A stretch of 64,000 bases of DNA from an uncultured Planctomycetota bacterium (GTDB taxonomy: Bacteria > Planctomycetota > Planctomycetia > Isosphaerales > Isosphaeraceae): the NCBI GenBank assembly GCA_963845755.1, contig CAWJTV010000041.1, positions 32,001-96,000 of the forward strand, read 5' to 3'. Under the pieces are notes generated by a model. It had not been told where the DNA came from and did not search any database. It saw only the letters and a program-made list of their open reading frames with translations. Of this stretch, positions 9,527-19,144 are shown in pieces (positions within the stretch are counted from its first letter, which is position 1; each line of letters starts with the position of its first letter). The position numbers and the translations under genes are program-made.

Positions 9527-9804
9527 CCCACCAATCGATCCATGGGATGGCAGCACGTCAGATCCTCCTCGAGTTGCCGCACGGTCTCGGGATGCCCGAG
9601 TCGCTCCCGCGACAACGCCGAGTTGACCCATCGGAGCACAAAGCCGCCATCTGGGGTACCGTAGCCACCGCGGAGGATGTTATGGAAGGCGTCGAGGTTG
9701 TGCCCCCATTCGGCCCCGGGGATGAGGGCGCGGCTGACGACGTCGAAGAACTCTTCAAGCGTGGTGAAATCGCAGCCATCGATCTCATAGATGGGTTTCG
9801 ACAT
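9527..9804 (-). pseudogene. 5' part of barstar-family cassette gene, interrupted by IS21
   Basis: YEIDGxxFxTLEEFF...WGHNLDAFxxILRGGYG barstar-like motif; truncated at the IS end. Confidence 0.8.
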
Positions 9805-9819
9805 CCCCAGGCCCTCGCC

Positions 9820-9879
9820 GGCTAACGTCCAAGATCAGCGGCCCGCCGCAGGCGGGTCCGCTGCATCGCCTCGTTAGCC
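9820..9879 (-). repeat. attC: integron attC site (60 bp)
   Basis: ggctaac(9820-9826)...gttagcc(9873-9879). Confidence 0.9.
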
Positions 9880-9882
9880 GTG

Positions 9883-10288
9883 TCACGCTATGCCGACGGA
9901 CACGCCGAACGGCACCTCAAGCTCGGCGAAGATGATCAGGGCTCGGTGATCAACCTCGAAGCCTCCGGTGCTGCAATTCGTATGGTAGCTGCAATACACG
10001 TTGACGGACAGGCGCTCCTTCAAGCCTTTCAGATAGGCGACGTGCGGCCGAACGGCGAGCCAGAGCGATTCCAGATGGACTTCGCGGACGACCCCGGGGT
10101 ACCGGAGCGGAGTAGGACCACATGTCATGCTCGTAGCCCCTGGGAGAGGTCGGCAGAAGCTTCTCGTCCCTCCGATGCGCATGAGTTGGCACGATACCAA
10201 GTTCGGCTGTGATCGCCTCCAAGTCTCCGATGTCCCCAAAGATCCGGAGCGTGGCACCGAAGCGAAAGAAGTACTCGGGTTCCGCCAT
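9883..10288 (-). CDS. first cassette gene: DUF4279-like protein, frameshift near 10090
   Basis: ATG at 10288 behind GAGGAGG. 'ATLRIFG...ITAELGIVPT...DMWSYS' pattern; the C-terminus is in ORF 9883..10257. Confidence 0.7.
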
Positions 10289-10333
10289 GACCTCCTCGAC
10301 TTCAGAAGCCATGCCCACTGCTCCTCGAACGAC

Positions 10334-10390
10334 GGCTAACCATTGTTTCGAAGCCCGCATGGGCGTCTTTTTTCCCGCCTTCATGGGCGT
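10334..10390 (-). other. attI: candidate attI site
   Basis: Lone GTTAGCC core (10340-10334) preceded by AAAC, with no attC palindrome. A 9-bp direct repeat CATGGGCGT occurs at 10358 and 10382. The site lies between the first cassette and the intI remnant. Confidence 0.7.
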
Positions 10391-10411
10391 ATAATCCCGA
10401 TCACGGGATTG

Positions 10412-10440
10412 ATTATGATCGAGAAAGGCCGCATTTGCAA
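10412..10440 (-). promoter_or_regulatory. Pc-like cassette promoter
   Basis: TTGCAA, 17-bp spacer, CATAAT, pointing toward attI and the array. Confidence 0.6.
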
Positions 10441-10493
10441 CAAGACCTTCCAAGGTTTATCCAGACCAAACGCGACGAGATAAGACGCCCACC

Positions 10494-10690
10494 TTGCTCG
10501 ACCGGGTCCGTGAAGTTGTCTGGAGGTTGCATTACAGCATTCGCACCGGGGCTGCCTACCTCCAGTGGATCAAGCGGCTCATCCTCTTTCATGGCAAGCG
10601 GCGTCCTCTCGAGTTGGGCGAACGCGAGTTCGAAGACTCCCTGAGCCATCGGGCGGTCGAAAGGAACGTCGTGGCCTCGACGGAAAACCT
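10494..10690 (+). pseudogene. intI: truncated integron integrase (N-terminal SAM-like domain only)
   Basis: LLDRVREVVWRLHYSIRTGAAYLQWIKRLILFHGKRRPLELGEREFEDSLSHRAVERNVVASTEN resembles the IntI N-terminus (HYSxRTExAY..WI.RFI.FHGKRHP…VAASTQNQA). It is divergent from the cassettes and no catalytic domain follows. Confidence 0.85.
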
Positions 10691-11104
10691 CCCGTCCTGG
10701 GTGCGCCACGCCGCGGACGATCGCTTCGCGACGTGCCTGGAGCACGAGAAGGCCAGCGAGTCCCTGTCGGTCTTCTCGCCGAAGACCATCGAGGCTCACG
10801 ATCGGGTCTTCTCCCCTCTCAAGGCGGCAGGACCCGGTTCCTCCGGTCAAGCTTGCCATCGCGGTTTTTTTGGGCCTTCCCAGACCTCCCACGCTTCGAT
10901 GTAACCCTGGACTCACTAACATGTTGCAGTGAATGATCCCGGTGCTCCCCCGTCGGAAAACTGTGACATGTAACAATTTTTATGCAACTGGGAACGCGCA
11001 TGTGCGGATCGTAAGGGTAAGAGGCGGTGGCGACACCCGAAGCGATCAAACGGGTGTCGCCCCGGGGACGACTTCCGTTGCATCCGCACCAGGGTCAGAG
11101 CACC

Positions 11105-12300
11105 ATGACCACCACAATGACCCCGCCCAGGCCCGATCGGGCCGAGATCAACCGCCGCAATGCCCAGAAGAGCACCGGTCCCCGGACCCCCGAGGGCAAG
11201 AACCGCTCCCGGTTCAACGCCGTCAAGCACGGCATGACCGCCAGGACCCTCGTCTTGCCCGGCGAGGATCCCGACGCGCTTCAAGAGCGGCTCGACTCCT
11301 GGATCGGCAACCTCCAGCCTCAAAACGACGTCGAGCAGTTCCTGGTCGAGCAGGCCGTGCAGTCCTCCTGGAAGCTGGATCGGGCCGATCGCGCCGAGGT
11401 CGCCCGATTGTCCCACATCATCGAAACGCTGCCGGTCCTGGAGGCGAACCGTCAGCAGGAAGAGGCCGCCGCGCTGGGCCGTCGGCTCTTCAGCGATCGC
11501 AATGGATCGGGAAGCATCAAGCTTCAGAGCCAGATCCTCGAAGCCCTCCTCCCGGGCCGCAAGTCCCAGACCTCCCGGCCCCTCGACGTCCTCGATCACG
11601 CCGGGGCCATCGTCCGCCGGCTCGAATCCACCGGTCCCGGCTGCCAGTGGATGCTCGACCGCTGGATCGAGCTCCGCGCGATCCTCGACCAGGGCCAGGC
11701 CTGGCCATCGACCGAAAAGTCCAGGGCGATCCGCCTGCTGGGGAAACCGCCGCTGAACCTGACGGCCGAGGAGTGGGAGAACCACTGCGAGCGCCGGCGG
11801 GCCAACCCGCACCCGGAGATCGACGGGTACCTGGCGGTGCAAGCTGGACCGACAGTTGGTCGAGGGACTGGCGCAGGACCAGGCGGCGACGATCGAGGAG
11901 TTGCGGAGCGTCGCCGAGCAGGCGATCGCGCGCCTGGAGCCGCTGACCGCCGAGCATCGCCGTCGTGCGCGAGGCGGATGTGGCCCGGCAAGCGGACCTC
12001 CTGTCGTTCGACACCAGCACCGAGGGCGAGCGGCTGCGTCGCTACCAGTTCTCGTGCAGCCGGTCGCTGTTCCGCAGCATCGACACCCTGTTCAAGGTCC
12101 GCCGATCCGGCCCGGGCGCGGTGCGTGGAAAAGGGAGGGGTAACACCGCAGAGATCGCAGAAACCACGGAGACGCGGACCGAGCGGAACGATGACGACAC
12201 GGGAGAGATCGATCCGACCGTGCCGACGGTTGGAATCGTCGAGAGTTTGACCGAAACCGAACCCTCGGACCGAGAGGTCGATCACCGGACCGGGCAAGGC
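11105..12300 (+). CDS. hypothetical protein with NRRNAQKSTGPRTxEGK…NAxKHG motif; frameshifted, 3' end uncertain
   Basis: Recognisable multicopy planctomycete/acidobacterial N-terminal motif and GC3-rich codon usage up to ~12.1 kb. Confidence 0.65.
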
Positions 12301-13427
12301 GAAACCGCTGACCCGCAGGTCGCTGTGGTCGCTCATCGCCGGTTGCCGATTCACCGCGCCCTGTTCTTTGCGACGACCCTCATCGTGCTCTTCGGTGCCG
12401 CGGTCCGCAGTCATCGGGATTCGCGAATCGAACCCACCACCGTGGCTGTCAATCATCAAAACGGTCAAAACGAAGCCATCACGACGCCCCGTCAGAGGTT
12501 TCTCATCGCGATTCCCCACCACGGAGTCGAAAAACCGACGGAGACCATGATCGAACCCAGTCACCAAAGCGTCACAGCGCGGCCGAGCCGCAACCAACCC
12601 AATCAAAAGCGACTCACCACAGAGTCGCAGAGGACACAGAGAAGAATCCTTCGATGCTTTCTGCTGATCCAACCTCTTGTGCCTCGAGACATTATGAAAT
12701 TGTGCACGGCGTACAAGATTCTCGAACTGAGTCGTACAGAGCACACAGAGAAGATTCCGAAGCATCCCGATACTGCAATCACATCGGGAATCACCGCCTC
12801 CGGGTGGCTCGGACTCAAAACGATAATCAGTCAGTACTTCCGACTTCGCTGCGCTCTTCCCGCCGTTGTGGTAAGGAATCGGAGTTGGCTGATGTGGGGA
12901 ATCGAGTGGGCGGGGAGGGGGGCAGACATTCGGTCCGGCTCCCGGGCGGAGTCAGGAGACCCGCGCCTGGCGCAGGCGACGGCGTCAGAGAACCCGTCGT
13001 CGCGATTTCGACCAGTCAACCCCAACTTCTCACCGTGCCAGCGCGGGCCTTCGGACTCGTCGACACTCGATTTCCCGCCAAAACACGCCAACGGTTACCG
13101 ACTTCCCGAATCGAACTGCCTCGCGGAGACCTCTCGAACTCGGGACGCTCACCGCGCCCGGGCGTGGGTCGAAGCTCGATATCCCACTCGTCTATTGCAC
13201 CCTTCGATCTCCCACAGTCTACCCAGTTTGAAGGGATCGGAAATTGAGGATCCGCCCGTCTCGAAAAAACGGTCAGGAAGTTCGCCGGGGTGAGCGTCCC
13301 GTTGTGGGTGTTCAAACTCCGCCGTGCTTTCGCGGCAGTTTCGGTCCTGTGCTCGTTGTCTCCTGGAGTGAGGGCTCGCCCTGGCGGGTTGACACAGGTT
13401 TCAGGCGCTTACCCCCCTGGTGCCACC

Positions 13428-15545
13428 ATGCCGGAAGAAACCATTGATCCTGGTCTGCTGGAGCAGACAAAGAACCAGATTCGCAAACTGGTGGCCGAGA
13501 TCGCCGACCTGGCGGAATCGGACATCCAACCGGCTGAGTTCTACGTGGAGTTCCTGAACCGATCGGTGGCGGCGGTGGCCGCGACCGGCGGCGCCTTCTG
13601 GCTGATGGACGGCCGGGGCGGGCTGAGACTGCAATATCAGGTCGAGTTCGGCTCGACCGGACTGATGGACGGCCGGGTCAAGACCGCCCCGCACGACGCC
13701 CTGCTGGGCTGCATGCTCCAGGCGTCGCAGGCCCAGATCATCCCGCCGGGCGCGGTGATCGATGGCGTTCCCCAGGCGTTCAACCCGACTGAGTACTCGC
13801 TGATCCTCGCGCCCTTGATGGTGGACAAGCAGGTCACGGGGCTGCTGGAGATCCTCATGGATCCCACGCGGCGCGCGGCCCAGCAGAAGAGCACGCTCCG
13901 GTTCGTCAGCGACCTGTGCGACCTGGCGGCCACCTATTTGAAGAACCGGCAGATGCGGCAGATGATGTCGCAGCAGCGGCTCTGGAATCAGCTCGAGGGC
14001 TTCACGCACCAGATCCACGGCTCGCTGGACCTGAAGGAGGCGGCCTACGCCGTCGTCAACGACGGCAAGCGGCTGGTCGGCTGCGACCGGCTGAGCGTCG
14101 CGCTGAAGATCTCCGGCCGGACCATGGTCGAGGCGATCAGCGGTCAGGAGGTCGTCGAGCAGCGGTCGAACCTGGTCCGGGAGCTGACGAGGCTCTGCAA
14201 GGCGGTGCTCCGTTCGGGCGAAGACCTGGTCTATACCGGCAGCACCGACGGTTTCGCACCCGATCTTCGCGACGCGCTCGAGATGTACGTCGACGAGTCG
14301 GGTTCGAAGGTCGTCAGCGTGACGCTCCTGCACAAGCCCGCCGAGACCGAGAAGGAGACCGAGAGCAAGGAAAAAGTCCCGTTCGGCTGCCTGATCGCCG
14401 AGCAGATCGGCGACGAGCTGGCTCCGACGGACATGCACGCCCGGACCGAGGTCGTCTCCCGGCACGCCTCGACGGCGCTGTGGAACGCCCAGGAACACCA
14501 CAAGATCTTCCTCAAGCCGGTCTTGAAGGCGATGGGCTCGCCCTGGCGAATGTTCCGGGGCCGGACCCTCGCCAAGATCGGCGCGGTGCTCGCGGGCGTC
14601 CTCTTGGTCATCCTCGGCATGGCATTCATCCCCTGCACGTTGACCATCGAAGGGCATGGCTCGCTCCTGCCCGAGGATCGCCACAAGGTCTATTCGCCCG
14701 TGCCCGCCTCCCGGGTCATCGAGGTCCTCGTCGATCACGGCGATCGCGTCAAGAAGGGGGACCTCCTGGTCAAGCTCGAGAGCAAGGATCTGGAGAAGGA
14801 GCTCCGGGGACTGATGGCCGAGCAGCAGAAAGCCGTCAACCAGTACGCCTTCCTCAGGAGACAGGAAGACAAAGCGGGTCATTCCCAGGCGGGCGGCGAC
14901 ATGGACATCAACCAGATCCGCGCCCAGATCTACGAGGCGAAGATCACGGACAACAGCTCGAGCCAACGGATCGACATCATCCGCGAGCAGGTCGAATCGA
15001 TGAGCATCGTGTCGCCGCAGGATGGCATCATCACGACCTGGGAGGCCAAGAAGAACCTGATGGGCCGGCCGGTCGAGATCGGCACCGAGTTGCTCCAGGT
15101 CGCCTCGACCGAGGGCGAATGGATCCTGGAAGTCGAGGTACCCGATGACGACATGGGGCCGATCCTGGCCGCCCAGCACCAGCTCCTGGACGACATCAAG
15201 GCCGGGCGGAAGAAGCCCGACGCGACCCTGTCCGCCTCGTTCGTGCCGATGACCGGGCCCGAGCACCGCTACTACGGCTACGTGCGCAAGATTGCTCCCA
15301 ACGCCGAGAACGTCGCCGAATCCGAGCAGTACAAGAACCGGCACGTCGTCAAGGTGACGATCGGCTTCTCGGACGAGGTCCGGCAGGAGTACATGAAGCA
15401 CAACCAGATCACCGAGATGCGCCCCGGAGCCGAGGTCCGCGCGCGTGTCGACTGCGGCCCGACCAACCTGGCCTACTACCTGCTCCGCAAGCCCGTCCAG
15501 GTCTTCTACGAATCGGTCATGTTCCGCTGGCCATTCTTGCGATGA
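13428..15545 (+). CDS. GAF-domain HlyD/MFP-family secretion protein
   Basis: GAF-like N-terminal region (GCDRLSVA), one TM segment, lipoyl halves 'V.V.HGDRVKKGD.L' and 'I.SP.DG.I'. Confidence 0.8.
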   Translation: MPEETIDPGLLEQTKNQIRKLVAEIADLAESDIQPAEFYVEFLNRSVAAVAATGGAFWLMDGRGGLRLQYQVEFGSTGLMDGRVKTAPHDALLGCMLQASQAQIIPPGAVIDGVPQAFNPTEYSLILAPLMVDKQVTGLLEILMDPTRRAAQQKSTLRFVSDLCDLAATYLKNRQMRQMMSQQRLWNQLEGFTHQIHGSLDLKEAAYAVVNDGKRLVGCDRLSVALKISGRTMVEAISGQEVVEQRSNLVRELTRLCKAVLRSGEDLVYTGSTDGFAPDLRDALEMYVDESGSKVVSVTLLHKPAETEKETESKEKVPFGCLIAEQIGDELAPTDMHARTEVVSRHASTALWNAQEHHKIFLKPVLKAMGSPWRMFRGRTLAKIGAVLAGVLLVILGMAFIPCTLTIEGHGSLLPEDRHKVYSPVPASRVIEVLVDHGDRVKKGDLLVKLESKDLEKELRGLMAEQQKAVNQYAFLRRQEDKAGHSQAGGDMDINQIRAQIYEAKITDNSSSQRIDIIREQVESMSIVSPQDGIITTWEAKKNLMGRPVEIGTELLQVASTEGEWILEVEVPDDDMGPILAAQHQLLDDIKAGRKKPDATLSASFVPMTGPEHRYYGYVRKIAPNAENVAESEQYKNRHVVKVTIGFSDEVRQEYMKHNQITEMRPGAEVRARVDCGPTNLAYYLLRKPVQVFYESVMFRWPFLR

Positions 15546-15549
15546 TCCG

Positions 15550-15670
15550 TGTTCAGTATTCAGCGATTCGGGAATGATCCCTTGCTGAACACAGCCACCC
15601 ATTCCCATCGGGGAACGATTCGGCCCACATTGCGTTCACTGAACACTGAGAACTGAACACCGAAAACGAA
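15550..15670. repeat. intergenic heptamer repeats (CTGAACA-like, direct and inverted)
   Basis: gttcagtattcagc…gctgaacac and ctgaacactgagaactgaacaccgaaaac. Confidence 0.6.
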
Positions 15671-15683
15671 GAGGAGTCCAGTC

Positions 15684-16646
15684 ATGTCGTTTCCCAAGCC
15701 CATGGCGGCGCTGGCCGCAGGCTCATTGATGTTGCTGGGCGCCGCCGCGCTGGCCCAGAGCGGCGGGGCCGCGGCGCCGACGGACAACCCCGGGGTGCAG
15801 ACGCTGGTCCTGACGGAACTGCCGTATGTCACCTGGATCGAGAAATCCTCGGTGGCCGCCCTTCGCGAGGGCGTCATCGAGCGGATGGAGCTCCAGATCG
15901 GCATGCCGGTCCAGAAGGGCGGGACGATCGGCCTCCTGCATCACAAGTTCGCCGAGCTGACCGTCGCCAAGGCCCAGCGCCAGGCCGAGAGCGTCGGTCC
16001 CAAGCAAAAGGCCGAGGCCCAGGAAGAAGTCGCGCTGTCGGTCTGCGCCCGCAACAAGCGGCTCAATGAGCGCAAGCCGGGCATGGTCTCCGCCGAGGAC
16101 GTCGCCAAGGCCGACGGCGAGCTCAAGGTGGCCACCGCCATGATCAAGGAGGCCGACGAGAACATGAAGATCGCCGAGGCCGAGCGCGACCTGGCCAAGC
16201 AGACCCTCGATGAGCACACGATCCTCGCCCCGTTCGACGGGATCGTCATCAAGCGGATGAAGAACCCCGGCGAGAGCGTCCGCGCCAACGAGGCGGTCGT
16301 CGATATCGGCAACCTCCGCCGGCTGGCCGTCGATGCCTATGTGCCCCTCGAGTACGCCTATCGCGTCAAGGAGGACCAGGTCGTCGAGATCCAGCCGCGG
16401 CTCTCGCTGCCGGGCGGGGAACCCTTGCCCATCGAGCGGAAGCGATTCCGGGGCAAGATCACGTTCGTCGATCCCGAGATCCAGCCGGTCGCCGAGACGG
16501 CCGTCCGGATCCGCGCCGAGTTCGAGAATGCTGCCCCTTATGACCTGAAGCCGGGCCTGAAGGTCCAGATGACGATCTTCCTGACCACCGACCGCACCGC
16601 CGTCAACTCCCACGCGACCGGCACTCGGACCGCACGAGCCCAGTGA
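15684..16646 (+). CDS. efflux/RND-type periplasmic adaptor (MFP)
   Basis: Signal peptide, 'ILAPFDGIV', 'GKITFVDPEI', 'LKPGLKVQM'. Confidence 0.85.
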   Translation: MSFPKPMAALAAGSLMLLGAAALAQSGGAAAPTDNPGVQTLVLTELPYVTWIEKSSVAALREGVIERMELQIGMPVQKGGTIGLLHHKFAELTVAKAQRQAESVGPKQKAEAQEEVALSVCARNKRLNERKPGMVSAEDVAKADGELKVATAMIKEADENMKIAEAERDLAKQTLDEHTILAPFDGIVIKRMKNPGESVRANEAVVDIGNLRRLAVDAYVPLEYAYRVKEDQVVEIQPRLSLPGGEPLPIERKRFRGKITFVDPEIQPVAETAVRIRAEFENAAPYDLKPGLKVQMTIFLTTDRTAVNSHATGTRTARAQ

Positions 16647-16650
16647 ATTC

Positions 16651-16789
16651 GCAGTAGTCAGTAGTCAGTGGTCAGGAAAAAGGAATCTCTGTCCTGGCCG
16701 CTCGGATCCGCGCGGTCAGCGAAGTTCGACAAGACTCCGTGGCCAATTCTTGGGAACGAACGAAGTAATTACTAACTACTGACTACTGC
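16651..16789. repeat. inverted heptamer repeats (CAGTAGT)n … (ACTACTG)n
   Basis: gcagtagtcagtagtcagtggtcag at the left and actaactactgactactgc at the right. Confidence 0.6.
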
Positions 16790-16806
16790 TTATCCGGAGT
16801 TGACCG

Positions 16807-19053
16807 ATGAGTTCCGCTCCCAGCCAGGTTCCCACCCAAGCCTTCGGGCAAGCCGCCGAGCACCTTCAGGTCCGGCTCCGTCCGGACCTGGTCGTCCAGC
16901 CCCAGTTCTACGAGGGGATGACGCACTATGTGATCAAGGACCCGCTGGCGCTGAAGTATTTCCGATTCAAGATCGAGGAATACTTCCTCCTCCAGCAGTT
17001 CGACGGCAAGCAGACGCTCCAGGACGTGAAGAAGGCGTTCGAGCGAAAGTACCGGCCCCAGACGATCTCGATCGAGGACCTGACGCGGTTCGTGGCCCAG
17101 CTCCACGAGGCCGGGATCGTCCAGATCGACAGCGGCGAGCTCGCCAAGGTGCTGATCCGCCGCCGCAAGAAGAACCGGTGGCGCAAGGTCTGGAGCTTCC
17201 TGGCCAACATCCTGTTCATCAAGATCCCGGTCATCGATCCCGAGCGGCTGCTGACCCGGATGTACCCGTATTTCCGCTGGATCTTCACCACCGGGTTCAT
17301 CACCGTCAGCGTGATGTCGATGCTGTTGGCCCTCGGACTGGTTGTGAGCAACTGGAAGACGTTCTACGACAAGCTCCCCGACTTCCAGAGCTTCTTCAAC
17401 TGGTGGACCATCATGAGCTTCTGGATATGCCTGGCCGTCGTGAAGGTCATCCACGAGTTCGGCCACGGCCTGACCGCCAAGCACTTCGGCGGTGAAGTCC
17501 ACGAGATGGGGATCCTGTTCCTGGTCCTCACGCCGGCGTTGTACTGCGACGTGACCGATAGCTGGCTGCTGCCGAACAAGTGGAATCGCATCTGGATCTC
17601 GGCGGCGGGCATCTACGTCGAATGCTTCCTGGCCAGTATCGCCACATTCGTCTGGTGGTACAGCACGCCCGGGTTGATGAACAGTTTGGCCATGGCGACG
17701 ATGTTCATCTGCTCGGTCAACACGATCATGTTCAACGCCAACCCGCTGCTGCGGTACGACGGTTACTACGTGATGGCCGACTGGCTGGAGATCCCGAACC
17801 TGCGGATCAAGAGCACCCAGTTCTTCTCCTACCTGATCCAGGAGAAGGTACTGGGCCTGGAGATCCCGGTCCAGAGCTACATGCCGAAATCGCGGCGGTA
17901 CCTGTTCGTAACCTACGCGGTGGCCAGCTACATCTATCGATGGTTCGTGACCTTCGCCATCCTCTGGTTCCTGTCCCAGGTCCTCAAGCCCTACAAGCTC
18001 GAGTCGATCAGCTACCTGCTGGCCGGCGTCTCGCTGGTCCCACTCCTGGGGACGCCGGTCTATCAGATCGGCAAGTTCCTGACAACGCCCGGGCGGTTGC
18101 GCAAGGTGAAGAAGCTCCGCGCCAGCGCATTCGCCGCGGGGGCGGTTGCCCTGGTCACGGGGATCCTGCTGATCCCCACCCCCCTGCGCGTGCAGGGGTC
18201 GTTCGTGCTCAAGCTGGCCAAGCCCGAGGTCGTCTACGTGGAGACGGAAGGCCGGCTGATGGAGCTCAATGTCAAGAACGGCCAGTGGGTCACCAAGGAC
18301 ACCATCCTGGCCAAGCTATCGAACCCGGAGAAGCAGCGGGAGCTGCTCCAGCGTCAGCAGGACCACGACGTCAGCTTAATCAAGTCCGTCTATTTCAAGA
18401 TGAGTCCGGAGCACGATGATCGGGCGCAGGCCGTGCAACACCGAGAATACGCGGAAAAGCTGGAGCCCATGATCACGAAGATCGCCGACCAGCTCGGCAA
18501 GCTGACGCTGGTCGCGAACCGCGACGGCCAGGTCGTCGGTGCGCCACCACGCTCGGGAGTGGGGCGGTGGCTCAAGCCCGGCCAGCCCAACGATCCCGAT
18601 CCGCGACCCGACAAGCCGAATGAGACTCGTGCGGACAAGCCGTATTTCTGCGAGATCGGCGATCCCCATCACCTCGAGGCCCACCTGGTCCTGGACCAGG
18701 CCGACATCCACCTGATCCACCCCAACGACAAAGCGTGGTTGAAGGTCTACGGCAAGGCCGAGACGACCTACCGGAGCAGCGTGGAGTTGATCTCCAAGCA
18801 TACCAGCGGCGAAATCCCGCTGGAGCTCTCCAGCATGGCCGAAGGCGAGATCGCCGTTAAGCCCGACTACAAGACGGGGGCGGCGAAGCCCACGGAGGGC
18901 CACCTGGTCTACGAGATCATCATCCCGGTGGAAAACGCCGACCTCGAGCTGGAGCCGGGTCTCCGCGGATTCGCCAAGATCGAGGGCGGCAGCTATACCA
19001 TCGCCTGGTGGCTGCTGAGATGGTGGAACAAGCTCTTCAACTTCCAGCTCTGA
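16807..19053 (+). CDS. M50 (site-2) membrane metallopeptidase fused to N-terminal PqqD-like region and C-terminal HlyD-like domain
   Basis: HEFGH, ISAAG and NANPLLRYDGYY motifs, multiple TM segments, C-terminal adaptor domain. Confidence 0.88.
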   Translation: MSSAPSQVPTQAFGQAAEHLQVRLRPDLVVQPQFYEGMTHYVIKDPLALKYFRFKIEEYFLLQQFDGKQTLQDVKKAFERKYRPQTISIEDLTRFVAQLHEAGIVQIDSGELAKVLIRRRKKNRWRKVWSFLANILFIKIPVIDPERLLTRMYPYFRWIFTTGFITVSVMSMLLALGLVVSNWKTFYDKLPDFQSFFNWWTIMSFWICLAVVKVIHEFGHGLTAKHFGGEVHEMGILFLVLTPALYCDVTDSWLLPNKWNRIWISAAGIYVECFLASIATFVWWYSTPGLMNSLAMATMFICSVNTIMFNANPLLRYDGYYVMADWLEIPNLRIKSTQFFSYLIQEKVLGLEIPVQSYMPKSRRYLFVTYAVASYIYRWFVTFAILWFLSQVLKPYKLESISYLLAGVSLVPLLGTPVYQIGKFLTTPGRLRKVKKLRASAFAAGAVALVTGILLIPTPLRVQGSFVLKLAKPEVVYVETEGRLMELNVKNGQWVTKDTILAKLSNPEKQRELLQRQQDHDVSLIKSVYFKMSPEHDDRAQAVQHREYAEKLEPMITKIADQLGKLTLVANRDGQVVGAPPRSGVGRWLKPGQPNDPDPRPDKPNETRADKPYFCEIGDPHHLEAHLVLDQADIHLIHPNDKAWLKVYGKAETTYRSSVELISKHTSGEIPLELSSMAEGEIAVKPDYKTGAAKPTEGHLVYEIIIPVENADLELEPGLRGFAKIEGGSYTIAWWLLRWWNKLFNFQL

Positions 19054-19144
19054 TCGGACCGGACTGATCCTCGGAAGGGATGTCCCATCCGGCCAGGACG
19101 TCGCGTTCGAGCCGATTCTCACGTGTCCGCGATCGCCCGGGAGG

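Noticed and set aside
72..9879. The 58-60 bp repeats as a CRISPR array or ordinary terminators/REPs
   Set aside because: The spacers are whole genes of 0.45-1.3 kb, no cas genes are present, there are no U-tracts, and the R''/R' boxes plus the adjacent intI fragment fit attC.
10390..10395. TATAAT as the intI promoter
   Set aside because: There is no recognisable -35 at 16-18 bp spacing, so support is insufficient.
11965..13293. 442-aa ORF as an independent gene
   Set aside because: The 5' part is probably the frameshifted continuation of the 11105 gene; the rest has non-coding-like composition and runs through repeat motifs.
13401..15608. Long antisense ORFs (e.g. 13401..15608, 20087..21670, 27616..29214, 40937..42193)
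   Set aside because: These are shadow frames of high-GC genes on the opposite strand, with no recognisable motifs.
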